DNA of 64,000 nucleotides. Origin: an uncultured Actinomycetes bacterium (GTDB lineage Bacteria; Actinomycetota; Actinomycetes; S36-B12). A program made the position numbers and the translations under genes. Below are positions 8,348 through 18,762 of this stretch, in pieces. The stretch spans positions 352 to 64,351 of the forward strand of contig CAJBZP010000106.1 of the NCBI GenBank assembly GCA_903960135.1. The letters run 5' to 3'. The notes beneath the pieces are model-generated. The model was not told the DNA's origin and did not search any database. It worked only from the letters and a program-made list of their open reading frames with translations. How positions within the stretch are numbered: position 1 is the stretch's first letter; every line of letters starts with the position of its first letter.

Positions 8348-9205
8348 ATGTTGAAGAGGGCGCTTGTTGGGCTCGCAGTCGCAGCAGCCATGTTGGGCAC
8401 CGTTGGGTTTGCGCAGGCGGCTCCGGGTGGGGTGACTTTGACATCGGCTGAACTGACCAAGTGGGGGTTCCCGAAGAAACCAAATGTAGTTGCGTGGTCA
8501 TCGGGCACCGCGAAGATTTCGGCACATCAGGCACCTGCTGGCCAGGATGTGGTAATCACCGGGGTGGCGCCAGACTATGCGCCCGTCGGACAGGTGCTGA
8601 CCATGAGTCGCTTTGTTGCCGACGACCATAATGGTGACGGCACCATGAAAGCCTTGAATATCACTACCACCGTGAATGCTAATCGGTCATTCACTTTGCA
8701 TTTTCAACTTGGAACCGTGGGTACCTTCGGCTATGACGTCGGCTACGCAACCACCGGTATGACCCCGGAGCGGATCGCCTTCCAATTCCAGTTCACCACC
8801 ACCGGAGCCAAGGGTCCGGGGGTGGCGGTGTCGGCCAAGCCGGTCACTCTTAACTCAAAGCAATTGGCTGCCGCTGGATTCACCAAGACCGCCAATGTTG
8901 TGGGCTGGGGTGGCACGGCGAAGCTGTCGGCATCCAATGTCGGCGTTGGTGAGTCGGTCACGCTCGCTGGCCGGGCCCCCTCGTACGTGAAAGCGGGTTC
9001 GGTCTTGTCACTTGAGCAGTTTGTGGCAACCGACAAAGTCGGGTCGGGGCAATTCGTCGTGATCCCAGCTGTGACAGCAACCGTCGGTAGTGATGGGAAG
9101 TTCACCGTGACTTTTACCCCACTTAGCGGTACCCATGGTTACACGTTCGGCGTTGGGCAGAACTTCGAGTGGATTGGCACGGAGTTCCAGGTCACCGCTG
9201 GCTAG
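8348..9205 (+). CDS. secreted protein of unknown function with two tandem ~110-aa homologous domains
   Basis: Signal peptide MLKRALVGLAVAAAMLGTVGFAQA. The two halves align: VTLxSxxLxxxGFxKxxNVVxWxGTAKxSA...GxAPxYxxxGxVL...FVAxD...FTxxF...GYxxG. Confidence 0.75.
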   Translation: MLKRALVGLAVAAAMLGTVGFAQAAPGGVTLTSAELTKWGFPKKPNVVAWSSGTAKISAHQAPAGQDVVITGVAPDYAPVGQVLTMSRFVADDHNGDGTMKALNITTTVNANRSFTLHFQLGTVGTFGYDVGYATTGMTPERIAFQFQFTTTGAKGPGVAVSAKPVTLNSKQLAAAGFTKTANVVGWGGTAKLSASNVGVGESVTLAGRAPSYVKAGSVLSLEQFVATDKVGSGQFVVIPAVTATVGSDGKFTVTFTPLSGTHGYTFGVGQNFEWIGTEFQVTAG

Positions 9206-9314
9206 GAGGCACAGGACCGGAGCAAGCCCGGTTAAGGCGCGCTCGAAATTGGAGTTTCCTGCTGTGAACCACGGGTTGGTCGTCGCCTGCCGAACTCGCG
9301 AATTCGTCAAGTAT

Positions 9315-9812
9315 TTAGTGTGGGTTGGCTGTGAACCGATCCCAGGAGGCTTTGATCTCAGCTTCAGCTTCGGCGCGCCCCACCCAGGTGGCACCTTCGA
9401 CACTCTTGCCGGGCTCTAACTCCTTGTACACCTCGAAGAAGTGTTGAATCTCGAGCCGATCAAACTCTGGGACATGGTGGATATCGCGTAGGTGCTCCAC
9501 GCGTGGGTCACTCGCTGGTACGCAGAGCACTTTGTCATCGCCACCGGCTTCGTCGGTCATCCGGAACATTCCGACGGCCCGGCACCTAATCTGCACTCCC
9601 GGGAAGGTGGGTTCGCCGAGCAGAACCAGGGCGTCCAGCGGGTCGCTGTCGAGCCCAAGGGAGTCTTCGATGAACCCGTAATCATGGGGGTATCTGGTCG
9701 AGGTGAACAGCATGCGATCAAGGCGAATCCGGCCGGTCACGTGGTCGATTTCGTACTTATTGCGGCTACCGCCGGGGATCTCGATTGTGACGTCGAAGGT
9801 GAGAGGTTGCAT
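9315..9812 (-). CDS. ppa: inorganic pyrophosphatase
   Basis: 165 aa family I PPase: [36 protein letters not shown]. Confidence 0.95.
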   Translation of the reverse strand: MQPLTFDVTIEIPGGSRNKYEIDHVTGRIRLDRMLFTSTRYPHDYGFIEDSLGLDSDPLDALVLLGEPTFPGVQIRCRAVGMFRMTDEAGGDDKVLCVPASDPRVEHLRDIHHVPEFDRLEIQHFFEVYKELEPGKSVEGATWVGRAEAEAEIKASWDRFTANPH

Positions 9813-9832
9813 GTGACGTAGTCTCTCCTATT

Positions 9833-11191
9833 GTGGGCACCCGAGGGCAATCGCAACCGCGCTGGTTGTCGTCTGGTACTGGGGCAGCCGGCTTAGCCTT
9901 TGCGCTGCTGATCGGCTCGATGCTGGCCCCAGCGGCTGCGGCCAACCCCATCCCACCAGCCGGCCCGGTCCTTAGCCCCACCACGGTGGTCGGGTCCAAG
10001 GCGCCGGCTCCGAGCCCGGCCGGTATCCAAAAAGCCACGGCCCGGATACTTGCCAGCGGTGCGCTAGGTGCGTTCAGCGCATTAGTGGTAGATCCCGCGA
10101 CCGATCAGGTGCTACTCGAGGTAAACGGCGATAAACCCCGGATTCCGGCATCAACCATCAAGTTGTTGACCGCCGCCGCCGCCCTTGAGGTGCTCGGCCC
10201 CAGAACCCGACTAGCAACCAAGGTGATGCGCGATGGCAACACCATCACCTTGGTTGGTGGCGGTGACACCTCGTTGGTGCGCGCCCACGGTGGTGACCCA
10301 CTTGCCGGTGGTGCGGCATCACTTAGAGCACTCGCTGATCTGACGGCAGCGGCGTTACCGGACCAACCGGTGCGACTTGTTTATGACGACTCTTTGTTCA
10401 CCGGGCCAGTTACCGGCCCGAATTGGCCGCGGAATGCAGCGCGCTTGGGGATAGCAGCACCTGTTAGTGCCTTGATGGTTGGTGAAGGCCGGGTGCGGCC
10501 AGGTGCGCTCTCGCGGGTCGCGGACCCGGCCAAGCAAGCCGCTGAAGCCTTTGCGGGCTACCTGAAAAAATCCGGGGTGCAAGTGACTAAGACCACCGCG
10601 GGCAAGGTGGCAGCTGGTGCAGCCGAAATCGCCCGGGTTGAGTCCCCGCCGGTAGCTGACCTAGTCGAAGAACTTTTAACCGAGTCGAATAACGACATGG
10701 GTGAGTCCCTTGCCCATTTGGTAGGCGGGGCGACCGGGGCTGGTGCTTCATTTTCTGGTGGCGCGAGGGCGGTGACAGCGTCCGTGAAGGCATTAGGCTT
10801 GCCGACAACGGGTCTTGTTGTTGCCGATGGCAGTGGGCTATCGAGCAGCGATCGGGTCTCGGTCGAAACCTATGGTGCATTGCTCGCAGCCGTGGCGCGC
10901 AACACCAACCCGGATCTTTCGGCAATTGGATCTGGGTTACCGGTTGCCGGAGCCACCGGCACCTTGGCCAACCGCTTTCTATCTGGACCAACGAAGCGTG
11001 GCGCCGGCTACGTGCACGCGAAGACCGGTTCACTAACTGGAGTTATCGGCTTGACCGGCACGGTAAAAGATGCGGATGGGCGAGTACTTGTTTTCTCGAT
11101 CCTTGCCAACAATGTCGAAAGCCTCGATGCTGCAAGAAATTCAGTGGATTTATTCGCAACGAAACTAGCGAAGTGCGGGTGTTCAAGATGA
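9833..11191 (+). CDS. dacB: D-alanyl-D-alanine carboxypeptidase/endopeptidase (PBP4 family, DacB)
   Basis: Signal-like N-terminus, SxxK motif PASTIKLLT, SNN motif TESNNDMGE, KTG motif HAKTGSL. The start is uncertain, since it is only 20 bp from divergent ppa. Confidence 0.85.
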   Translation: MGTRGQSQPRWLSSGTGAAGLAFALLIGSMLAPAAAANPIPPAGPVLSPTTVVGSKAPAPSPAGIQKATARILASGALGAFSALVVDPATDQVLLEVNGDKPRIPASTIKLLTAAAALEVLGPRTRLATKVMRDGNTITLVGGGDTSLVRAHGGDPLAGGAASLRALADLTAAALPDQPVRLVYDDSLFTGPVTGPNWPRNAARLGIAAPVSALMVGEGRVRPGALSRVADPAKQAAEAFAGYLKKSGVQVTKTTAGKVAAGAAEIARVESPPVADLVEELLTESNNDMGESLAHLVGGATGAGASFSGGARAVTASVKALGLPTTGLVVADGSGLSSSDRVSVETYGALLAAVARNTNPDLSAIGSGLPVAGATGTLANRFLSGPTKRGAGYVHAKTGSLTGVIGLTGTVKDADGRVLVFSILANNVESLDAARNSVDLFATKLAKCGCSR

Positions 11192-12222
11192 CGGTCACGG
11201 TGACGCTGCTTCCGGTAAATCAGTTCGATCACTTTTATCGTGGCGGTGATCGCATTGGTGTGCTTCGCCATGGCCCCGGCGGTCCGAGTCGGCCTGAGGA
11301 GTGGATTGGGTCCACAACTGCGCGCTTTGGCCAAGCACCGCAGGGTTTCAGCGTGTTACCTGACGGCCGGCTGCTAGTTGAGGCAATCGATGACGACCCG
11401 ATCGCGTGGCTTGGTCCAGACCACGTGGCCCGTTACGGATCAAGTACCGAAGTGCTCGTGAAGTTACTTGACCTGGGTCAAAGATTGCCGGTTCACCTGC
11501 ATCCAAATCGCGCATTCGCTAAGACCCACCTCGGTTTGGCGCACGGCAAGACCGAAGCTTGGTACGTACTTGATGCGCCGGTGGGCGCTGAGGTCGGCGT
11601 TGGTTTTAAGGATGCGATGACCCTCGATCAGGTTTCGTCGTGGGTTCGCGAGCGCGATAGTGCGGCGCTGCTTGGGGCACTGCAAACCAAGGTTGTGCAC
11701 CCAGGCGATGCGATGCTCGTGCCGGCGGGCCTGCCGCACACCGTTGCCGACGGTGTTTTCGTTCTGGAGTTGCAGGAGCCAACCGACCTTTCGATCTTGC
11801 TGGAGTGGCAAGGGTTTGCTGTTGACGGAGCCAAAGACGGACACCTTGATCTCGGATTTGATGTCGCCCTGCAGGCGGTTGACCTGTCAGCGGTAACGGC
11901 GGGCGACCTTGATCAACTGGTGGTCCCCGCTGCGCAAATCCAAGGAGCTGGGCTGGTATCGATAATGCCGGCGCAGGCAGATCCGTATTTCAGGGCGCAG
12001 CGGATCGATACCTCGGCCGGCCGGGTGGATGTCGATGCGGGGTTTGCGATCGTGCTGGTGACCGAAGGTAGTGGCTTACTTGCCACCGAACTAGGCTCAT
12101 TTGAAGTTGTGCGCGGTGATGTCGCGCTCGTGCCGTTTGCGGCCGGTGCGTGGTCCCTGGCCGGTGCGGGTGTTGCCATTGCTTGCCGCCCACCGGATGC
12201 AGGCGCCCCCGATGGCCGGTAA
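11188..12222 (+). CDS. class I mannose-6-phosphate isomerase-like (cupin) protein
   Basis: Cupin/PMI-type motifs LPVHLHPN, GKTEAWYVLDA, VPAGLPHT. ATGA overlap with the dacB stop. Confidence 0.6.
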   Translation: MTVTVTLLPVNQFDHFYRGGDRIGVLRHGPGGPSRPEEWIGSTTARFGQAPQGFSVLPDGRLLVEAIDDDPIAWLGPDHVARYGSSTEVLVKLLDLGQRLPVHLHPNRAFAKTHLGLAHGKTEAWYVLDAPVGAEVGVGFKDAMTLDQVSSWVRERDSAALLGALQTKVVHPGDAMLVPAGLPHTVADGVFVLELQEPTDLSILLEWQGFAVDGAKDGHLDLGFDVALQAVDLSAVTAGDLDQLVVPAAQIQGAGLVSIMPAQADPYFRAQRIDTSAGRVDVDAGFAIVLVTEGSGLLATELGSFEVVRGDVALVPFAAGAWSLAGAGVAIACRPPDAGAPDGR

Positions 12223-13252
12223 CACCTTGATCGGGGAGGCCGTTGATTGGCCGCTGGCGATCAGCACGGCGACCAGGATTGCCCCGACCGGACCGATGTT
12301 GTCGCGTCAGGAGACCCAATCGGCGGTGGCCATGCTGCGCGATCTGGCCCTCGAAGCGGTTGCGCCAGTGCAGCAGGTCACCGGATTGATCGCACCGCCC
12401 CGGTCGCGGGCCCAGGTTGTTGATCGTGCCGCATGGATTGAATCAAATGTCGCAGGTCTGCAGATCGCACTCGCGGCACTTGCCGATAAAGGTGACGAAG
12501 GTGGGCTCCCGAGTTGGGCACGCGGTGTTGGTGCTCGCGGTTCTGCTGTGCAACTTGGACTGGTTCTAGGTTGGCTCTCTGGCAAAGTCCTTGGCCAGTA
12601 CGAAGTCTTTACCGAACCCGGGCAACCGGGTCGGTTGCTTTTGGTTGCGCCGACCATTGTGCAGGTGGAGCAGCAGCTTCAAGTTCCGTCGCGGGATTTT
12701 CGGCTCTGGGTGTGCCTGCACGAAGAGACGCACCGGGTGCAATTTGGGGCAGTGTCGTGGCTCGGCGCCTACATCGCGTCGCTCGTCAACGATTTCATTG
12801 AGCAGTCCGATCTAGGTATCAGTGAAACCCTGCGCCGGGTAGCTGCGGTGATGAGCTCGATCGCCCGTAAGACGAGCGTGATGGAGGCGGTTCAGTCACC
12901 TAGGCAACGTGAAGTCTTCGACAAGATGACGGGTGTGATGTCGCTCCTGGAGGGCCACGCTGATGTAGTGATGGATGCTGTCGGCCCACAGGTGGTACCA
13001 AGTGTTGCCCTCATTCGCGAACGTTTCACCGCGCGCAGGAATAGCCCCAAGGCGATCGACGCCTTAGCCCGTCGTGCCCTAGGCATGGATATGAAACTGC
13101 GGCAATACACCGATGGAGCTGCGTTCGTGCGCCAAGTTGTTGATGCGGTTGGGATGTCCGGGTTCAATAAAGTATGGGATTCGCCGCAGGCGCTCCCGTC
13201 GCGAACTGAGATAACCGATCCTGACGTGTGGATCAAGCGGATGGCAAGTTGA
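12212..13252 (+). CDS. zinc-dependent metalloprotease (actinobacterial DUF2342-type hydrolase)
   Basis: HExxH motif LHEETHRVQF. It occupies the conserved position upstream of tilS in actinobacteria. The start is taken at the ATG overlapping the upstream stop. Confidence 0.75.
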   Translation: MAGNTLIGEAVDWPLAISTATRIAPTGPMLSRQETQSAVAMLRDLALEAVAPVQQVTGLIAPPRSRAQVVDRAAWIESNVAGLQIALAALADKGDEGGLPSWARGVGARGSAVQLGLVLGWLSGKVLGQYEVFTEPGQPGRLLLVAPTIVQVEQQLQVPSRDFRLWVCLHEETHRVQFGAVSWLGAYIASLVNDFIEQSDLGISETLRRVAAVMSSIARKTSVMEAVQSPRQREVFDKMTGVMSLLEGHADVVMDAVGPQVVPSVALIRERFTARRNSPKAIDALARRALGMDMKLRQYTDGAAFVRQVVDAVGMSGFNKVWDSPQALPSRTEITDPDVWIKRMAS

Positions 13253-14250
13253 TGGCACTGGCGTGTGCGGCCACCGTGTTGATTCGTAATGCGGTAACCC
13301 GGGCGCTAAGTAACTGTGAGCCGGGTGACCGGGTACTTGTTGCCTGCTCCGGTGGGCCTGATTCACTCGCGCTGGCGGCGGCCACCGGGTGGGCGGCGCA
13401 GCGGCTGGGGCTTTTTGCTGGTGCGGTGATAGTCGATCATCAACTGCAGGAGGGCTCGGCCCAGATCGCAGCTTGGGCCGCCAAAGTATGTGAGCGCCTA
13501 GGCCTGAACCCTGCTTCGGTGGTTGCTGTTCGCGTTGACGGCTCGGGCGGGCTGGAGGCGGCGGCCCGCGATGCACGGTACGCAGCACTTACTGAATGTG
13601 CGAAGGCTCTTGACTCCAAGGTGGTGCTTCTTGGCCACACTCAAGAGGATCAAGCGGAAACAGTGTTACTGCGATTGGCTCGCGGCTCCGGGGCAAGATC
13701 TCTAGCGGCCATGGCGGAGGTCAACGGCCTGTGGCACCGTCCATTGTTGGAAATACCGCGTGCCCTCGTTCATGAGTCGGCAACGGAAGTTCTCGATGAA
13801 CTGGGCGAGCAGGCGTGGCAGGACCCCCATAACTTGGACCCGCGTTTTGCGCGCGTTCGCGCCCGCGGGCTGCTTGGCACCCTGAGCGCAGAACTCGGCC
13901 CCGGGGTGGTGGTTGGCCTAGCCCGCTCGGCCAGCATGCTGCGCGATGATGCGGATGCCCTTGACGAATTAGCCGATGCGCTATTTGCCGAAGCGGTAAC
14001 TATCGAGAGCAGTTCGATTTGGGTTGCGATCGATGACCTTGACGGCATCCCGCGGGCCATCCGCACCAGGCTTGTTCGCGCAATGTGCCTAGCGGCTGGT
14101 GTGGTACCGGGAGAGCTAAGCCGCGATCAGGTGCTCGCCGTTGACCACCTCGTGAGCAACTGGACCGGGCAGGGGGCGGTTTTTTTGCCGGGGGGAGTTG
14201 AGGCGGGGCGTGTGTATGACAGGCTTACCGTAATTCGCCGGACCCAGTAG
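13252..14250 (+). CDS. tilS: tRNA(Ile)-lysidine synthetase
   Basis: PP-loop motif VACSGGPDSLAL, then LLGHTQEDQAETVLLRLARGSG. TGATG overlap with the upstream gene. Confidence 0.9.
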   Translation: MALACAATVLIRNAVTRALSNCEPGDRVLVACSGGPDSLALAAATGWAAQRLGLFAGAVIVDHQLQEGSAQIAAWAAKVCERLGLNPASVVAVRVDGSGGLEAAARDARYAALTECAKALDSKVVLLGHTQEDQAETVLLRLARGSGARSLAAMAEVNGLWHRPLLEIPRALVHESATEVLDELGEQAWQDPHNLDPRFARVRARGLLGTLSAELGPGVVVGLARSASMLRDDADALDELADALFAEAVTIESSSIWVAIDDLDGIPRAIRTRLVRAMCLAAGVVPGELSRDQVLAVDHLVSNWTGQGAVFLPGGVEAGRVYDRLTVIRRTQ

Positions 14251-14262
14251 CGGGAGAAGAAG

Positions 14263-14817
14263 TTGCAGCCAGAAGATCTCGGAGCCGATCTAGCCCATGT
14301 CTTACTGACCGAGGAACAAATCAAAGACCGGATTGCGGAGTTAGCGCTGCAGATTGAGGCCGATTACGCGGATCAGGATCTACTACTGGTTGGCGTTCTC
14401 AAGGGCGCGGTGATGGTGATGGCGGATCTCGCGCGAGCGCTAAAGCGCAGTTCTGACATGGACTGGATGGCGGTTTCGTCCTACGGCTCGGGCACGAAGA
14501 GCAGTGGGGTGGTGCGGATCCTCAAAGACCTTGATGCCGATATCGCCGGCCGCAATGTGCTACTGGTTGAGGATGTTTTGGACTCTGGCCTGACTTTGTC
14601 ATGGCTGATGCGTAACCTTCGTTCGCGTGGCCCCGCCTCGGTTGAGGTATTCACCTTGATGCGTAAGCCGGACGCCATGAAGGTAGAGCTCCATGCCAAG
14701 TACGTTGGTTTTGACATCCCCAATGAATTCGTCGTCGGCTACGGCCTGGATTACGCCCAGCGGTATCGCAATCTGCGCTGTGTGGGCACCTTGGCCCCGC
14801 ACGTCTACGGCGGCTAG
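14263..14817 (+). CDS. hpt: hypoxanthine phosphoribosyltransferase
   Basis: PRPP-binding motif [14 protein letters not shown] and C-terminal [14 protein letters not shown]. Confidence 0.9.
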   Translation: MQPEDLGADLAHVLLTEEQIKDRIAELALQIEADYADQDLLLVGVLKGAVMVMADLARALKRSSDMDWMAVSSYGSGTKSSGVVRILKDLDADIAGRNVLLVEDVLDSGLTLSWLMRNLRSRGPASVEVFTLMRKPDAMKVELHAKYVGFDIPNEFVVGYGLDYAQRYRNLRCVGTLAPHVYGG

Positions 14818-14984
14818 CCCCCCGAAACCCCACCCCTAATGGGACACCGTGTCCCAATACCCCCCGCCCCAACTCAAGGCGGCTTGGTGCTGGGTGCGGC
14901 CGGTGCCGGTGGCCCCGGTTCGCTCTGCGCGCAAAGGGCAACCGCGCGGGTGTGGAGTCAGCGGGCTCGTAGTACCGTCAGGAG

Positions 14985-16922
14985 GTGAATTTCAAGCGCC
15001 TTTTTCGGGGCCCGATCTTTTGGATCGTGCTGGCCGTCCTGCTCGTACTCCTTGGCTCCAGTTTGGTTTCTGGGCTTGGCGCCCCCGGGCAGGTCGACAC
15101 CGGGGCGGCGGTCAGCGATATCCAGGCGGGCAATGTCGATACCGCGGTCATCACCGACCGCGATCAGGTACTGGATCTCACCCTCAAAGACGGAACCAAA
15201 GTTCGTACGTCATACGTAACCGGGCAGGGCGTCAACCTCCAAGAGTTGCTGCAGCAAAAAGCTGATGCTGGTCAACTACCCGGCGGCTACAACGTGGTGG
15301 TGCCGAGCGAAAGCCTGCTGATGACCTTGCTGGTCTCGCTGCTGCCGATCGCATTGATCGTGTTCCTGCTGTTCTTCTTCATGGGGCAGATGCAAGGCGG
15401 CGGCTCGCGCATCATGAACTTCGGCAAGTCAAAAGCCAAAATGATCACCAAAGATATGCCGCAGACAACTTTTGCTGACGTGGCCGGGGCCGAGGAAGCC
15501 GTCGAAGAACTGCAGGAGATCAAGGAGTTCCTCGCTGAGCCAGCGAAGTTCCAAGCGGTCGGTGCGAAGATTCCAAAAGGTGTTTTGCTCTACGGGCCGC
15601 CCGGCACCGGCAAGACGCTGCTGGCTCGTGCGGTGGCCGGCGAGGCTGGCGTCCCATTCTTCTCTATTTCCGGCTCGGATTTTGTTGAGATGTTTGTCGG
15701 TGTCGGCGCGAGTCGGGTTCGTGATCTTTTCGAGCAGGCCAAAGCCAATGCACCGGCAATTATCTTCGTCGACGAAATTGACGCCGTTGGTCGGCACCGC
15801 GGTGCCGGACTCGGTGGTGGTCATGATGAGCGGGAGCAGACTCTGAACCAAATGCTGGTTGAGATGGACGGCTTTGATGCAACGCAGAACGTCATCATGA
15901 TCGCTGCGACTAACCGCCCCGACATCTTGGACCCAGCATTGCTGCGTCCGGGCCGCTTTGATCGTCAGATCGCGGTCGAGCGCCCCGATCTCAATGGTCG
16001 CGAGGCGATCCTTGAGGTGCATGCAAAGGGCAAGCCGATGGCCGAGCAGGTTGACCTACGGGCCGTTGCCCGTCGCACGCCGGGGTTCACCGGCGCTGAC
16101 CTTGCGAATGTGCTAAACGAGGCGGCCCTCCTTACCGCTCGCGAGGGCAAGTCCTTCCTTGATGATTTTGCCCTTGATGAGGCCATTGATCGCGTGATTG
16201 CCGGGCCGCAGAAGCGCACCCGCGTGATGGACGACGAGGAGAAGAAGATCACCGCCTATCACGAAGCCGGGCACGCGCTTGTTGCAGCAGCGCTACCGGG
16301 CAATGATCCCGTGCACAAGATCACCATCTTGCCGCGCGGGCGTGCGCTTGGGTACACGATGGTGCTACCGGATCAGGAGAAATACTCGACCACCCGCAGC
16401 GAGATGCTCAACCAACTCGCCTACATGCTAGGCGGTAGGGCGGCCGAGGAACTTATCTTCCACAACCCGACCACCGGTGCCTCCAATGACATCGAGAAAG
16501 CCACCGCGCTGGCGCGGGCGATGGTCATGCAGTACGGCATGACCGAGCGCTTGGGTGCAATTCGCTACGGCAAAGAGCAAGGTGAGGTTTTCCTCGGCAG
16601 AGACATGGGTCAGTCACGCGATTACTCCGAGGAGGTTGCCGCGGCAATCGATGAAGAAGTCCGCGCTTTCATTGAGGCGGCCCATCAAGAGGCTTATGAG
16701 GCATTGGTGGCCAACCGTGATGTACTCGATGCATTAGTAATTGAGTTACTTGAGAAGGAAACCTTGGATAAAGCACAAATCGAAGAGGTTTTTGCGGCTT
16801 TGACGTTGCGCGAGGTGCGCCCGGCCTGGACGGGTTCGACCAGACGTCGCCCCGATGAGCGGGGGCCGGTGGCGACCCCATCATCCAACGGGTACCACGG
16901 CGCAACCACGGAAGTTACGTGA
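14985..16922 (+). CDS. ftsH: ATP-dependent zinc metalloprotease FtsH
   Basis: Two N-terminal TM segments, Walker A GPPGTGKT, Walker [13 protein letters not shown] region, zinc motif HEAGHAL. AGGAGG RBS before the GTG start. Confidence 0.97.
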   Translation: MNFKRLFRGPIFWIVLAVLLVLLGSSLVSGLGAPGQVDTGAAVSDIQAGNVDTAVITDRDQVLDLTLKDGTKVRTSYVTGQGVNLQELLQQKADAGQLPGGYNVVVPSESLLMTLLVSLLPIALIVFLLFFFMGQMQGGGSRIMNFGKSKAKMITKDMPQTTFADVAGAEEAVEELQEIKEFLAEPAKFQAVGAKIPKGVLLYGPPGTGKTLLARAVAGEAGVPFFSISGSDFVEMFVGVGASRVRDLFEQAKANAPAIIFVDEIDAVGRHRGAGLGGGHDEREQTLNQMLVEMDGFDATQNVIMIAATNRPDILDPALLRPGRFDRQIAVERPDLNGREAILEVHAKGKPMAEQVDLRAVARRTPGFTGADLANVLNEAALLTAREGKSFLDDFALDEAIDRVIAGPQKRTRVMDDEEKKITAYHEAGHALVAAALPGNDPVHKITILPRGRALGYTMVLPDQEKYSTTRSEMLNQLAYMLGGRAAEELIFHNPTTGASNDIEKATALARAMVMQYGMTERLGAIRYGKEQGEVFLGRDMGQSRDYSEEVAAAIDEEVRAFIEAAHQEAYEALVANRDVLDALVIELLEKETLDKAQIEEVFAALTLREVRPAWTGSTRRRPDERGPVATPSSNGYHGATTEVT

Positions 16923-17530
16923 ACGATATCGGCCCGGTGACCTTAACCGGAGACGATGGCGTAGGGCCCTATGACGCGGCCGGGGTAGAACGCGCAATTC
17001 ATGATTTGCTGGTGGCGATCGGTGAGGACCCAGAGCGCGAAGGTTTGCGTGATACCCCTGCGCGCGTGGCCCGTGCTTATGGCGAGATCTTCGGCGGCCT
17101 GCAAATGACCGCAGACGAAGTCCTGACCACCACCTTCGATATCGGGCACGAAGAACTCGTTATCGTGCGCGATATTGAGATGTACAGCACCTGTGAGCAC
17201 CACCTCGTGCCCTTTCACGGGGTCGCGCATATCGGCTACATTCCAAATATCAGCGGCACCATCACCGGGTTATCCAAGCTGGCGCGCCTGGTTGATGTGT
17301 TCGCTCGTCGACCTCAGGTGCAAGAACGCCTAACGACGCAGGTGGCCGATGCGTTGATGCGGATACTTGACCCGCGGGGCGCAATTGTCATTATTGAGGC
17401 GGAGCATTTGTGCATGGCAATGCGCGGGGTTCGTAAACCAGGTGCGAAGACGATCACCAGCGCGGTGCGCGGTTCCCTCATGGTGCCGGCGACGCGCGCT
17501 GAGGCGATGTCGCTCATCATGGGCCGTTAG
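16919..17530 (+). CDS. folE: GTP cyclohydrolase I
   Basis: FolE motifs [19 protein letters not shown] and QVQERLT. GTGA overlap with ftsH. Confidence 0.95.
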   Translation: MNDIGPVTLTGDDGVGPYDAAGVERAIHDLLVAIGEDPEREGLRDTPARVARAYGEIFGGLQMTADEVLTTTFDIGHEELVIVRDIEMYSTCEHHLVPFHGVAHIGYIPNISGTITGLSKLARLVDVFARRPQVQERLTTQVADALMRILDPRGAIVIIEAEHLCMAMRGVRKPGAKTITSAVRGSLMVPATRAEAMSLIMGR

Positions 17531-17536
17531 CGCAGG

Positions 17537-18406
17537 GTGGCCATGTCGCGTCGCCACCCGTCGAGTCTGCCTGAGGAGCTCCGAAAGTTAGACCGACCGC
17601 TGGTAATTGGGGTGCTCAATGTCACCCCGGACTCGTTTTCTGATGGCGGCAATCACGACGAGCCCACCAGTGCAGTGGCCCATGGCATCAACCTGTGCCG
17701 AGAGGGCGCAGACATTATCGATGTCGGGGGTGAGTCTACGAGGCCGGGTGCGACCCCGGTGTCTGCTCAAGTGGAGTTGAGCCGGGTGTTGCCAGTAGTC
17801 AGTGCATTAGTTGCCGCCGGAGTCCACGTCAGCATCGACACCATGAAAGCCGAGGTTGCGCGGGAGTCCGTGGCGGCGGGTGCCTGCGTCGTAAACGATG
17901 TCAGCGGCGGGCTTTTTGATGCCGCCATGTATTCGACGGTAGCGAGCTTGGATGTGCCCTATGTCCTCATGCACTCGCGCGGGGAAGCCTCAGTGATGAA
18001 TCAGCACGCCGTTTACGACGATGTCGCAAGCGATGTCATGCGTGAGCTCGGAGATCGACTGCAGGCAGCCATTGCCGGTGGCGTTGACCCCGATTGCATA
18101 GTCGTTGACCCCGGGCTTGGATTCGCAAAAGAGGTAGATCAAAACTGGCAGGTGCTCAACCACCTCGATGAGTTCGTGCGTCTCGGCTACCCGGTATTGA
18201 TCGGCGCCTCGCGTAAACGGTTCTTGGGATCCCTATTAGCCGACAGTGAAGGGCGCCCACGTGAATTTGCTGAGCGCGACGCGGCAACCGATGCGGTATC
18301 GGCGCTAGCGGCAGCGGCTGGGGTTTGGGGGGTGCGCGTGCACAATGTGAAGGCGGCGGTCGATTCGGTACTCGTTGGCAGGGCTTGGGCTCGGGGGAGG
18401 CAGTAG
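17537..18406 (+). CDS. folP: dihydropteroate synthase
   Basis: VIGVLNVTPDSFSDGG, DIIDVGGESTRPGA, DPGLGFAK, GASRKRF. Confidence 0.93.
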   Translation: MAMSRRHPSSLPEELRKLDRPLVIGVLNVTPDSFSDGGNHDEPTSAVAHGINLCREGADIIDVGGESTRPGATPVSAQVELSRVLPVVSALVAAGVHVSIDTMKAEVARESVAAGACVVNDVSGGLFDAAMYSTVASLDVPYVLMHSRGEASVMNQHAVYDDVASDVMRELGDRLQAAIAGGVDPDCIVVDPGLGFAKEVDQNWQVLNHLDEFVRLGYPVLIGASRKRFLGSLLADSEGRPREFAERDAATDAVSALAAAAGVWGVRVHNVKAAVDSVLVGRAWARGRQ

Positions 18407-18762
18407 TGAGCGACGTCATCATTTTGACCGGGATCCGCGGCCACGGCCACCATGGGGTCTTCCCTGAGGAGCGCCGAGACGGCCAAGAGTTCGTGGTCGA
18501 TGCCCTCGTCTATTTACAAGCAAGCACCGCGGCCACGACCGATGCGTTGGTCGACACCGTCAATTATGCGACTGTTGCCCAGGTGGTTCATCAGTTGATA
18601 ATCGGCGATCCGGTGGATCTACTGGAAACCCTCGCCGAGCGCATCGCGACCGCGATTTTGAACTTAGGTGGGGTAGCGAAGGTGGAGATCACCGTACACA
18701 AACCGCAGGCCCCGATTCCGGTGCCATTTACCGATGTTGCGCTGCGCATTACCCGCCCATGA
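18406..18762 (+). CDS. folB: dihydroneopterin aldolase
   Basis: ILTGIRGHGHHGVFPEERRDGQEFVVD and VNYATV. The start is taken at the GTG overlapping the folP stop (TAGTG); the ORF track extends upstream to 18325. Confidence 0.85.
   Translation: MSDVIILTGIRGHGHHGVFPEERRDGQEFVVDALVYLQASTAATTDALVDTVNYATVAQVVHQLIIGDPVDLLETLAERIATAILNLGGVAKVEITVHKPQAPIPVPFTDVALRITRP

Noticed and set aside
12101-12211. Upstream extension of the Zn-metalloprotease ORF overlapping the PMI-like gene by about 120 nt.
   Set aside because: An ATG at 12212 overlapping the upstream stop gives normal operon geometry. The extension is Arg/Pro-rich.
14849-15265. 138-aa plus-strand ORF spanning the hpt-ftsH spacer and the ftsH 5' end.
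   Set aside because: It is out of frame with ftsH, whose GTG start has an AGGAGG RBS. The translation is Arg/Gly/Pro-rich.
15429-16022. 197-aa minus-strand ORF, and the 124-aa plus-strand alternative-frame ORF at 15472-15846.
   Set aside because: Both lie inside the AAA+ domain of ftsH, whose frame carries unambiguous Walker and SRH motifs. They are shadow ORFs.
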